Shown: piece after piece, positions 53,274 to 62,329 of the stretch
How the letters are laid out: each line of letters begins with the position of its first letter
Position numbering within the stretch: the stretch's first letter is position 1
Source: Candidatus Latescibacterota bacterium
Lineage (GTDB): Bacteria > Latescibacterota > UBA2968 > UBA8231
Length of the DNA: 64,000 nucleotides
Direction of reading: 5' to 3'
Assembly (NCBI GenBank): GCA_965261395.1
Contig: OZ253462.1
Location: forward strand, 1,600,001-1,664,000
Translations under genes and position numbers: made by a program
The notes under the pieces: model-generated
Database searches by the model: none
Told to the model about the DNA's origin: nothing
Seen by the model: the letters and a program-made list of their open reading frames with translations, nothing else

Positions 53274-53500
53274 CCGACCGAGGCAAACGCTTTGAGGAAT
53301 TCGTTCTCCAAGGAGGAGTAAGCCTGGGGAGTGAGCTCCGCCTATCGAAGGACCTGCAAATGACCATCAGAGAGCTTACCCCTTGGGTGTGTTTATCGCC
53401 TTGACAGAGGGCCCCAAAGGGCACCTCTTTTTATCTATACGTTCTCTCAAAGGATGGACCGAACGGTCCAAGGAGCAGCGGAAGCCTCAGAATAGAGAGG

Positions 53501-54052
53501 GTGGAGCAGGGTTTGGATCAATTCCAAGAAAGCCTTTTGGTATGGGAGCCTCTTCTCACTGCTTATGGCAACCTTGCCAGTATTGTAGGATTGATTCTGA
53601 CAATCATGGGGTTTGCCTTTACGGCGTGGAAGATCATACAAACGCGTAGATCGGCCGAAGAGGCAACCCGAATAGCGAAAGGAGCTATCGCTCAAATCAG
53701 TACTCGGCTTTTTTCAAACCAGATTGCGGATGGGGTTCGTCTCGCTTCCGAGCTCAAGAATACCTGTCGAATGGAACAATGGGAAAGGGCAATTGATCGG
53801 TGTGAACAGCTTAGGCTCCTTCTTGCATCAGTTGTTGAGGATCGCAATATTAGACCAGATGAGAGTAACTATATTTCAGTGGCGATTGATGACCTTGGAC
53901 TCATATTGCGGCGGCTGGAAGGAATGACAAGAGAGGGAAGTGCTACTTCTCTTACCCCAAATATGCAAAAGGTTCTGGATACTCTCACTATTACTTTAGG
54001 ACGCTTGGATGGCCGCTTAAAGAACGCAGCATTGGAGATTGACAATGGCTAG
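53501..54052 (+). CDS. Hypothetical membrane-anchored helical protein
   Basis: One TM segment (LASIVGLILTIMGFAFTAW) followed by an amphipathic helical domain; AT-richer than core genes. Confidence 0.7.
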   Translation: MEQGLDQFQESLLVWEPLLTAYGNLASIVGLILTIMGFAFTAWKIIQTRRSAEEATRIAKGAIAQISTRLFSNQIADGVRLASELKNTCRMEQWERAIDRCEQLRLLLASVVEDRNIRPDESNYISVAIDDLGLILRRLEGMTREGSATSLTPNMQKVLDTLTITLGRLDGRLKNAALEIDNG

Positions 54053-54425
54053 CGAGAAATTCAGCATGCTACTTGACAAATTGTTGTCAAAGACACGTGA
54101 AAAAGACATCCGTTGGCATGAAACCGCAAATGACTCTGCTTTTCGCATTGCATTAGGGGACGGATTAATTCGCATCGAATATGAGGTGGACTCTGATGGT
54201 GACATGTACTATGCTGCTTATCTGCAAAACAGAAAAGGACGTACACTTGACCAGATAGGCCCACTCTACCGGGGAGATTCCACGAACGAACTACTTCCTG
54301 AACTCTTTGAGGCAGCTAGAATCTCAGCTTTGGGAGTAGATGAAATCCTTGAGAGTATGGCAAAGGATGCGGAATTAGGAAAAACTCAGCCCCTCCCTTC
54401 AGAAGAAGACGACCTCCCTTTTTAG
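54045..54425 (+). CDS. Hypothetical acidic protein
   Basis: GGAG RBS; overlaps the upstream stop; ends EEDDLPF. Confidence 0.7.
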   Translation: MASEKFSMLLDKLLSKTREKDIRWHETANDSAFRIALGDGLIRIEYEVDSDGDMYYAAYLQNRKGRTLDQIGPLYRGDSTNELLPELFEAARISALGVDEILESMAKDAELGKTQPLPSEEDDLPF

Positions 54426-54544
54426 GGAGATCGACAGATTTTAAATTAGCCCTCGCTATCTTTGCACTTCCTGGACCTGCTAGGTCATGCTCCGGACCGT
54501 CCCTGGGTCATGGAGATGCAGAGTTTTCCCAGCGAAAAATATCC

Positions 54545-54920
54545 GCCATGCACGATCCGACCGAAGGCGGGGTCGCCACGGGCCTGTGGGAATTGGCCAC
54601 CGCATCCGCTGTGGGCGCTGAAATCGACTACCACGCGCTGCCCATCGATCCGGCCACAGCGCACCTCTGCGCGGCCTTTGAACTCGATCCCCTCGGCGTA
54701 ATTTCTTCGGGTGCGCTGCTGATCGGCTGCACGACCGATTCCACCGACGCCATACTCGCGGCCCTGCACGACGCCAACATAGCCGCGGCCCACATCGGCA
54801 CGGTGCGCCCGCCTTCCTTTGGACTTCAGCTACGCCGCGACGGCCACCTGACCCCATTGCCCACTTTCCCGACAGACGAAATCACGCGCCTCTTTGCCTA
54901 ATCGCGGTCTTGCCGGTTAT
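54545..54920 (+). pseudogene. Direct repeat copy 2: orphan 3' third of the AIR-synthase gene
   Basis: MHDPTEGG...ITRLFA is nearly identical to the C-terminus of 50283-51296; no 5' part. Confidence 0.93.
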
Positions 54921-54972
54921 CTTGACATCGGCAACGAGAGCGGAAACGCGGTATGGAATAGGAGGGAATGCA

Positions 54973-57900
54973 ATGTATAGGGAGCCTTGCAGGAGATCGG
55001 GTCGAGCAGTGGCCATCATGGCGCTGGCACTTGGGATGGCGATGTGCAGCCTTTCCCACGCCGATCTCCCTCCCCCAGCCGTGGTCTGGTGGTCGGCACC
55101 GGTCCTGCCCGGTGAGATCGTCGTCCTGCACGGGGGAGACTGGGGCGACGATCCCAAAGTGGAGATAGCATCAATCCGCAACTCCGAACCGGGAGAAGCT
55201 GCTACAGGGCGTACGCCCGTCATGGGTGATGTGCGCGTCCTTGCCCCCATCCACCGCACAGAGACCGGTCTCAGCTTCGTCCTGCCGGAGACGCCGGAAG
55301 GCCTGCACATGTGTCGGGTCGTTTTAGGCGGGGGTGGGGCTTCAGCACCTTTCGTCCTGAACGAACCGACCTCGTGGTGGGTCCAAGGCGATCGCGGACG
55401 AGCGGCATCGCCCGGCGGATGGCTGCGTGTCTTCGGTCGCTGCCTCTCCTTCGACGCAAAGGCGCGGATGGCCCTGAAGCGGGGCAACGACCACATCGAA
55501 CTGCCCCTTCAGCAACAGGACTCGTGGTCGGTGACGGCTTCCCTGCCGACGAAGCTCGCGTCAGGGGCATACGAGGTCTTCGTCCACAATGGCCACGGCG
55601 GCCCGGCTGGTTGGCGCCGCGTGGGAACCATGGCCATCGCCGTGCACGAGGAGGTCTGGGAGAATCGGGTCTTCGACGTGGTCGATTTCGGTGCCGTGCC
55701 CAACGACCGGGCCGCCGACACCCAAGCCCTGCGCGCGGCCTTGGCGGCGGCTGGCCAGAACGGCGGCGGCATCGTCCACCTGCCGCGAGGCCGCTACCAG
55801 ATTCACGGCACCTTGGAGATCCCCCCGTTCACTTTGCTGCGGGGCGAGTCCCTAGAGCTGAGCCAGCTCTATTGGCCGGACACGCAGAAGCCACCCGCGG
55901 CATTGATCAAAGGCAGCCATGACTTCGGGGTGGAAGACCTGTTCATCACGTCCGGGAACTACCTGAACGGCATCGTCTCCGGTCGCCTAGCCGACCCCGC
56001 GAGCGGGCGGGTCATCATTCGCCGGGTCCGGATGCGCCTCTTGCGGGACCAGTACGTCAGCGCCGAGGAACGCCTCCGTCGCCACAGCCTGCCGGGCCAT
56101 GCCCTAGACCTTGAAGGCGAGTTCGTCCGCGTCACCGACTGCGACATCGCGACCAGTGGCCGCGGCGGGAGCTTCGCGCTGCGCGTCCGCTACGGACAGG
56201 TCGCCGGCAACCGGTTTATCAACGGCGGCAACTCCATCTCTGGATCGGAGAACCTGATCTTCGAGGACAACACCGTGACCGGCGGCGGCGTCAGCGTAGC
56301 CCCTTTGCCGCTCTACCAGCGCAACATCTACTTCGCCGGCAACCGCCTAGAGCGGAACTTCGCCCACGACCGCGAGGCCATGACCCTCGACGGCAGGACC
56401 CACACCTACCAAGGTGCCGTGACGAACGTGGCCGGCAACCGCCTAGTGCTCGCCGATGAGGGCATGGCCTGGCGCAACGGCGCCGATCACTGGATCAACG
56501 GCGGCATCATGGTCTTCGCTGGCCGGGGCGCGGGCCAGCTACGGCGCATCCGCCGCATCGACGGCAGGACCGTCGAAGTGGATCGGCCCTGGACGATCGA
56601 GCCCGACGACAGCTCCCTGATCGCGATCTCCTACTTCCGCGAGCGCCACCTGTTCGTCGGCAACCGCATCGAGGACGCCACCATCGCCCTGCAACTCCAC
56701 GGCTCTCTCATCGAAGGAATCGTGGCGGGCAATACGAGCACCCGGGCCGGCGGGTTCCACAGCTTCGGCATGTGGAAGGGCGGCGGGCCCGAGCCCTCCT
56801 GGTATGTCCAGTATTTCGACGACGAGATCCTCGAGGGGAACGCCTACCGCGGCCCCATGAACGAGATCCCGTCGCTCGACTCGCATCTGGCCATCCAGGA
56901 CCGCGGGAACTCGCAGACGGACTATTCCTTCACCCGCACCTGTCTGGCTCGGCGCTGCATTCTGCGCAACAATGCCCGCATCGAGGTGCTCGGCAACGGC
57001 ATCGCCGACAACGTCCTCATCGAAAACTGCTTGGTCGAGAACGCCGACATCGGGCTGTACGTGGATCCGCGCGCCCAAGGCGTGATCCTGCGGGGCAACC
57101 GCTTCGACAACGTCCTCCAACCCATGACCGGCACCATCGAGCGCGCCGTCACCCATCCGGCCGATCTCGTGCTCGCCGCCCTGTCCGGCGCCCAAGCACA
57201 GCTCGGCGCAGGGGCACCCGCCGCCTGGGCCCGAATCCAGAGCGAGCTCGAAACGCTTGCCGTTGAGGGTGACCTAGCGTCCAAGGCCACAGCGGCAAAA
57301 GCTAGGGCCTTCCTCGCAGAAGCGGTCGCTGCACTGGCGTCCAGCGGTTCAGAGGAATACACCGCCGACTTGATGCGGACCCTGCTGGGCATCGACGTCG
57401 CGGTTGATACAGACGCCCTCGCCGCCGCCGCGACGACGGGCAAGGCGACCTCCGTGCCCGTGCAGGTATCCGTCCCCTCATGGTCGCTACCGGTGTCGGT
57501 CGCGCTGCACGTTGATCCGTTTCCCGGGTGGACAGTGGCGTCGAGCCCGACCCAAGCGATCGAGCCGGGCGGAACCGCCCATTTTGCCCTGCAAACCGCC
57601 GGCCCCAAGCGACCGGCCAGCCCCTTCGACCTGCCCTTTACCTGCGACGTGCACGGCGACGGCTGGCGGTTGTCATTCACCGACCACGCTGGGCCGGCAC
57701 GGCTCACCGTCACCGACTGGCTCGTCGTGGGGCCCTTCGAGAACGAGAGCGGCGAGGTCATCGACACGACCGTGCATCCCCCAGAGCTGAAGCTGGACGT
57801 GACCGCCCGCTACGAAACCCGGGACGGCGTGAAGGGCTGGAAGCCGATCCGCAGTACCGCCGACGGGAGGCTCGATCTGACCGCCCATTTTACGGACGCG

Positions 57901-58263
57901 GATCGGGCCGTGGCCTACGCCGCAGCCTGCGTGCGCGCGGCCCGGGACATTCCGGCGATGGTCACCTATGCCGGCATGACCTCCACGGACGGGGTCATGC
58001 TCTACGTCAACGGGCAGCGAATCGGCACGCGCTGGCGCTTCAACCAGTGGGGCCCGACGCTGCTGCGACAGGGAGACAACATCGTCTTCGCCGTGCTCTC
58101 CAACCTCGACCGCGACTGGCGGGCAGGCATGCAGGTGGAACCGATGGCTCCCCTCGCCCCTGGCGAGCTCATCGCCGTCCCTGCCGACAAGCTCTCCGAC
58201 GTGGCGGCCCTGAAGAGTGCAGTCGAAGCGGTACCGGAAGGCCGGGCCCGTGGACTCGACTGA
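54973..58263 (+). CDS. Secreted right-handed beta-helix (pectate lyase 3/GH28-related) carbohydrate-active protein
   Basis: GGAGGG RBS, signal peptide, VVDFGAVPND...DTQAL...GGGIVHLPRGRY, Asn-ladder repeats, C-terminal WLVVGPF beta-sandwich. Confidence 0.8.
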   Translation: MYREPCRRSGRAVAIMALALGMAMCSLSHADLPPPAVVWWSAPVLPGEIVVLHGGDWGDDPKVEIASIRNSEPGEAATGRTPVMGDVRVLAPIHRTETGLSFVLPETPEGLHMCRVVLGGGGASAPFVLNEPTSWWVQGDRGRAASPGGWLRVFGRCLSFDAKARMALKRGNDHIELPLQQQDSWSVTASLPTKLASGAYEVFVHNGHGGPAGWRRVGTMAIAVHEEVWENRVFDVVDFGAVPNDRAADTQALRAALAAAGQNGGGIVHLPRGRYQIHGTLEIPPFTLLRGESLELSQLYWPDTQKPPAALIKGSHDFGVEDLFITSGNYLNGIVSGRLADPASGRVIIRRVRMRLLRDQYVSAEERLRRHSLPGHALDLEGEFVRVTDCDIATSGRGGSFALRVRYGQVAGNRFINGGNSISGSENLIFEDNTVTGGGVSVAPLPLYQRNIYFAGNRLERNFAHDREAMTLDGRTHTYQGAVTNVAGNRLVLADEGMAWRNGADHWINGGIMVFAGRGAGQLRRIRRIDGRTVEVDRPWTIEPDDSSLIAISYFRERHLFVGNRIEDATIALQLHGSLIEGIVAGNTSTRAGGFHSFGMWKGGGPEPSWYVQYFDDEILEGNAYRGPMNEIPSLDSHLAIQDRGNSQTDYSFTRTCLARRCILRNNARIEVLGNGIADNVLIENCLVENADIGLYVDPRAQGVILRGNRFDNVLQPMTGTIERAVTHPADLVLAALSGAQAQLGAGAPAAWARIQSELETLAVEGDLASKATAAKARAFLAEAVAALASSGSEEYTADLMRTLLGIDVAVDTDALAAAATTGKATSVPVQVSVPSWSLPVSVALHVDPFPGWTVASSPTQAIEPGGTAHFALQTAGPKRPASPFDLPFTCDVHGDGWRLSFTDHAGPARLTVTDWLVVGPFENESGEVIDTTVHPPELKLDVTARYETRDGVKGWKPIRSTADGRLDLTAHFTDADRAVAYAAACVRAARDIPAMVTYAGMTSTDGVMLYVNGQRIGTRWRFNQWGPTLLRQGDNIVFAVLSNLDRDWRAGMQVEPMAPLAPGELIAVPADKLSDVAALKSAVEAVPEGRARGLD

Positions 58264-58362
58264 CAGCGCGACGGCACCAAGTTCGGGTCGTTGCACAGGT
58301 TTGTGGTGATGGGTCGGAAGACGTTTTTTGTTTGCATGAATAGACTCTTCTATTAACGAAGC

Positions 58363-59031
58363 ATGATGATGAAATTCACTCTTTTACTTTTGACCTTATA
58401 CCTGGGCACATCACCTGTTTTTGCACAGGAAACGCAAGTGGATTCTACGCGGAGCGACCGACCGACATTTTCGCTGACGCCTACCTGAGTGGGCTGACCT
58501 GGCGAAGGCGCACCACTTCGGGGAAGTGGCATTCATACGAAATTTGCACTTTCGGGGCGGTATGTACATACGTCGATGGACCGTCCGCAGTGGCGGTTTA
58601 CCGCCAATTACAGACTGCATCAACGCCTGCAAGTTGGGATCGAGCTGAATCCAAAAGCAGAAGAGGTAGGACCTCTTGCGACCCTGTTTTTGCTAACCGA
58701 GACAGAGACGCGTCCGGCACTCTTTTTGGGCACGAGTTCAGATCGAATTGGATCGCCGGCGGGCGAGCAGTCTTACTTCGCGACTGTAAGTAAATATATA
58801 CCTCGGTTGCGCACTTCTTTTTACGGCAGTTTGAATTATTCGGAATGGGATGGGAAGTTCAATATTCCCTTTGGCGTGGGGGTTGAATTGGGCAAAGGCT
58901 TTTCATTGCGACCGATGTATGATGGCGACCGGAGGCATGTGATGCTGAATTATTTCGCCACGCAATACGGTGTCAGTTTGATGTATGTGTGGCTCGAAAC
59001 CATGGGTATTTCGTTTTCTCTTGGATTTTAG
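58363..59031 (+). CDS. Predicted double-selenocysteine (UxxU) exported protein, probable outer-membrane beta-barrel, 222 aa
   Basis: One frame: MMMKFTLLLLTLYLGTSPVFA-QETQ...SLTPT-TGA-VG-TGA-PGEGAPLRG...SMDRPQW...ISFSLGF. TGAs at 58486 and 58495; joins ORF 58576-59031. Confidence 0.8.
58486..58530 (+). promoter_or_regulatory. Candidate bacterial SECIS element(s)
   Basis: ccacttc-ggg-gaagtgg hairpin (58513-58529); alternative stem agtgg..cct-ggcga-agg..ccact directly after the first TGA. Confidence 0.6.
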
Positions 59032-59043
59032 TGTGGAGGATCA

Positions 59044-59733
59044 ATGCGTTGTTGCAATTTTTTATTTTTAATTGTTTTGGCAAGTTCGGTTACGCTTATA
59101 GCTGAAACTCAGATTCCCGATAAGGCACTTTGTAGTGTCTGTGCATTAAAGGGCGGCGAGACAGAGTTGGAAAAGGTCAAGGCCCATTCGGAACACGATG
59201 GCAAAGCGTACTATTTTTGTTCTGAAAACTGCAAAATAGAATTTGACTCAGATCCCTTGGCTTATTTACCACCGGTATTTCCACGACCTGCACCAGCCTT
59301 TGTCGTTGAAATGCTGGAGGGCGGGGACCAGGCGTTGGGGGATTTGCAGGGCAAAGTTGTGCTCGTAGATTTTTGGGCAACATGGTGCAAACCTTGTCTT
59401 GAGACAATGCCCCGGTTGCAAAAACTCTACAGCGCTTATTCCGATAAGAGTTTTGACGTTTTGGGTGTGTCTATAGATGAAGACGAAGACGAAGACCGGG
59501 TTAAGAAGATCAAAGAGATGGTGGACAAAATGGATATTTCTTATCCCATCTTTATAGACGCTAAACAGACGCCCGCTTGGTATCAGTTTAAGGTGAAAGC
59601 GATTCCTGCGATGTATCTTCTCGATGGAGAAAGTCAGATCGTCGCGCAGTGGACGGGAAAGATAGATTACGAGGAAGTGGAGCAGGAAGTCTTGCGACGG
59701 TTAAAAAAAAGGCTCCACGTTGAAGAGCCATGA
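59044..59733 (+). CDS. Exported YHS/TRASH domain + TlpA-family thioredoxin fusion
   Basis: GGAGGA RBS, signal peptide, CSVC...GKAYYFCSENC...FDSDP, then DFWATWCKPC and AIP cis-Pro loop. Confidence 0.9.
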   Translation: MRCCNFLFLIVLASSVTLIAETQIPDKALCSVCALKGGETELEKVKAHSEHDGKAYYFCSENCKIEFDSDPLAYLPPVFPRPAPAFVVEMLEGGDQALGDLQGKVVLVDFWATWCKPCLETMPRLQKLYSAYSDKSFDVLGVSIDEDEDEDRVKKIKEMVDKMDISYPIFIDAKQTPAWYQFKVKAIPAMYLLDGESQIVAQWTGKIDYEEVEQEVLRRLKKRLHVEEP

Positions 59734-59768
59734 GCGAGCTTTATCTTTCTGGAAACCCAATAAATCCC

Positions 59769-60767
59769 ATGACACAAATAGTCTCCACTGTCGACTTTGA
59801 CCGCGATGGCAAGCAAATCGGCTGGTTGCATGTGCCGCATTCGGTCACTCGCAGCGCCTACGGGGTACTGCCCATCCCCGTCGCCGTCATTCGCAATGGC
59901 CCCGGGCCGCAGGTCCTGCTGACAGCCGGCAACCACGGCGACGAGTACGAGGGCCAGGTGGTCCTGACGCGCTTGATCCAAGAGGTGCAGCCCGAGCAAA
60001 TCCGCGGCGGGCTTATCATCATACCGGCGCTGAATCAGCCAGCCGTGCTAGCGGCAGCGCGGGTCAGCCCGCTGGACGCAGGGAATCTGAACAGGGTCTT
60101 CCCGGGCGATCCCGGGGGCGGACCGACGTGGAAAATTGCGGACTATGTCGAACAGCATCTGCTGCCGCGGGTTGAAGTGGTGGCCGACTTCCACGGCGGC
60201 GGGGCCTCCCTGGACTACCGACCGCACGCCAGCACCCACTTCGGCCCCAACACGTCCTCTGAGCACAAGCGCCTAAGCCTGGATTTGGTTTCCAAGCTAG
60301 GTGTGCCGCACGTAATGGTTTTCGAGAACCGCACTGATAAGGGAGGGCTACCCGATGCCGCCATCCGGCAGGGCGTGATCTCTCTGGGCGGGGAATACGG
60401 TGGTACGGGGAGCGTATCGCGGTCCGGGGTAAAGCTGGTGCAACAGGCGGTTGACCGATTGCTGGCAGCCCTGGGGGTTAAGGGTACGCTGCCGGACGAC
60501 CTCGAGACGCCTCAGGTCCTCCACATCTTCGGCCCCGACGCGTACTCTTATGCACCGGAACCAGGCCTGTTCGATCCGGCCACCGATCTGGGTGACGAGG
60601 TGAGTGCCGGCGATCTGTGCGGTCAGGTCCTGTTTCCGGAGAATCCTTCGCGGCCCCCCGTGCCCGTCACTTTTCGAGGCGAGGGTACGGTGGTCTGCAA
60701 ACGGCACCTGGGCAGGGTGGAAGCCGGAGACTGCGTCGCCCACCTAGCAGCCCCTGTAAGCGACTGA
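59769..60767 (+). CDS. Succinylglutamate desuccinylase/aspartoacylase family deacylase (DoeB-like); alternative start 59730
   Basis: GNHGDEYEG, NLNRVFPG, DFHGGG, GEYGG. Confidence 0.88.
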   Translation: MTQIVSTVDFDRDGKQIGWLHVPHSVTRSAYGVLPIPVAVIRNGPGPQVLLTAGNHGDEYEGQVVLTRLIQEVQPEQIRGGLIIIPALNQPAVLAAARVSPLDAGNLNRVFPGDPGGGPTWKIADYVEQHLLPRVEVVADFHGGGASLDYRPHASTHFGPNTSSEHKRLSLDLVSKLGVPHVMVFENRTDKGGLPDAAIRQGVISLGGEYGGTGSVSRSGVKLVQQAVDRLLAALGVKGTLPDDLETPQVLHIFGPDAYSYAPEPGLFDPATDLGDEVSAGDLCGQVLFPENPSRPPVPVTFRGEGTVVCKRHLGRVEAGDCVAHLAAPVSD

Positions 60768-60815
60768 CCACCTCCCGTCAATCCATCACTCTATAGCGTC
60801 AGGTTTGGATTTAGG

Positions 60816-61316
60816 ATGACACCTCGCGAGGGCCTAATTGACATTAAACGCCTTGCAGCCGATGAGGGGCTGCGTCTACGCACGATCCGGTTGCGGGCTC
60901 TGGCCGATGCGCCTGACGCCTTTGGCAGTACCTATGACGAGGCCGCTGCCCGGCCGCTGGACAGTTGGGCGGCGCAACTCCAAGAGATCGCCACCTTCGT
61001 AGCGGTTGTGGATGGAGAGGACGTGGGCCTAGTGCGGGGCGCGCTCGATGACTTACAACCTGACGCCGCTTGGCTGATTTCGATGTGGGTGTCCCCAGAG
61101 GTCAGAGGACAAGGCGTGGGCGAAGCGCTCATTGACGCCGTCGTTGGGTGGGCGCGGGTCAGTGGCGCTCGGCGGGTGTTATTGGATGTCGGAGACCATA
61201 ATCAGCCGGCCATCGCCCTGTATGCTCGCAAGGGCTTCAAGCCCAACGGGACAATTGGTTCTCTGCCGACGCCACGAAGCCATATTCGCGAGCATCAACG
61301 AGAGTTGCAGCTCTAA
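60816..61316 (+). CDS. GNAT family N-acetyltransferase
   Basis: LRALADAPDAF, SMWVSPEVRGQGVG, NQPAIALYARKGF. Confidence 0.92.
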   Translation: MTPREGLIDIKRLAADEGLRLRTIRLRALADAPDAFGSTYDEAAARPLDSWAAQLQEIATFVAVVDGEDVGLVRGALDDLQPDAAWLISMWVSPEVRGQGVGEALIDAVVGWARVSGARRVLLDVGDHNQPAIALYARKGFKPNGTIGSLPTPRSHIREHQRELQL

Positions 61317-61334
61317 CTAAAAAAGGGCCTTTCC

Positions 61335-62075
61335 TCACTCAATCTCATACACCACAGTGACATTCACGGTGACAGTGAGTTCACCTGCGACAATGGGAGT
61401 GGAAGTACGCGCGGCATCATCAAAGTCTGCTTCTGCAGTCGCAAACGGGATTGGCGGACCTTCGAAATAGGTACTTTCAGTGATAGTAATAGGTTCTCCT
61501 AGCGTTACACCGCTTGCTTCCGCTAAGGTTTGTGCTTTCGCTTCAGCATCCTTTACCGCCAAACTACGTGCCTGGGTTTGTAATGGTGTGGTATCATCAA
61601 TCATAAATTGAATAGAGTTAATGACGATGCTATTCCCTCCCGCTGCGGCAGCAGCATCCATGACATCGCTGAGGGTTGCCAATTCTCGGATCTTCGCCCG
61701 AACGGTGTTGTTCACTCTGTAGCCACGAAGTATGCGCCCATCGTCTGTATAGTCGTACTGGGGATAGATACTGAAATTCTCAGTTTTAATGTCTTTTTCA
61801 GCAACGTTGTTCGCTTTCAGAGAAGCGATTAACGCTGTCATCGCACTCGCAGCTTCTTCACGTGCCTCTGCGACGGTCTCTTTCTCAACAGACACACCTA
61901 AATCGAGCGTTGCAATATCTGGTTCACCAGTAACTGAACCGCTCCCGGTCACATAGATAGTTCTGTCAGTCGCTGGGGAAGATAATACCTCCGAGGCAAT
62001 ATTCACATCACAGGCAGTGAGGGCTAAAATCAGCAATGTGCCGATCGCTAAAAACCAATAATTGCATCTTTTCAT
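61335..62075 (-). CDS. SIMPL/DUF541 domain lipoprotein
   Basis: GGAGG RBS, lipobox LTAC, IYVTGSGSV..PD, SIYPQYDY, AVKDAEAKA. Confidence 0.9.
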   Translation of the reverse strand: MKRCNYWFLAIGTLLILALTACDVNIASEVLSSPATDRTIYVTGSGSVTGEPDIATLDLGVSVEKETVAEAREEAASAMTALIASLKANNVAEKDIKTENFSIYPQYDYTDDGRILRGYRVNNTVRAKIRELATLSDVMDAAAAAGGNSIVINSIQFMIDDTTPLQTQARSLAVKDAEAKAQTLAEASGVTLGEPITITESTYFEGPPIPFATAEADFDDAARTSTPIVAGELTVTVNVTVVYEIE

Positions 62076-62329
62076 TTTTCCTCCTATAAATCTCGACGAA
62101 AACAAGCCCTGGCCGCCAACGGGCCGGCCCAGTCGGCCACAGACGCCACCCAAAGGCCGCGCCAAAGACACCTTGTACCGCTTGACCTGACCCCCTAAAA
62201 GGCCCTTTATAATTCCTAAGTGAGGCTTTTTATTTATACCCCAATCTCTTTATCCCCCAGTGGATTGTCAATGATACTTGCTAGTGAACTATTCAGCAAT
62301 AGTGAACGGCTCACGGAAGGAGATTATTA

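Noticed and set aside
58261-58356. TGA ending the beta-helix gene is in the same frame as the UxxU gene
   Set aside because: A TAA at 58354-58356 blocks fusion, there is no Cys-like context, and the downstream gene has its own signal peptide.
59734-62329. Integron cassette array
   Set aside because: No recurring attC-like palindromes with RYYYAAC/GTTRRRY ends, and no intI.
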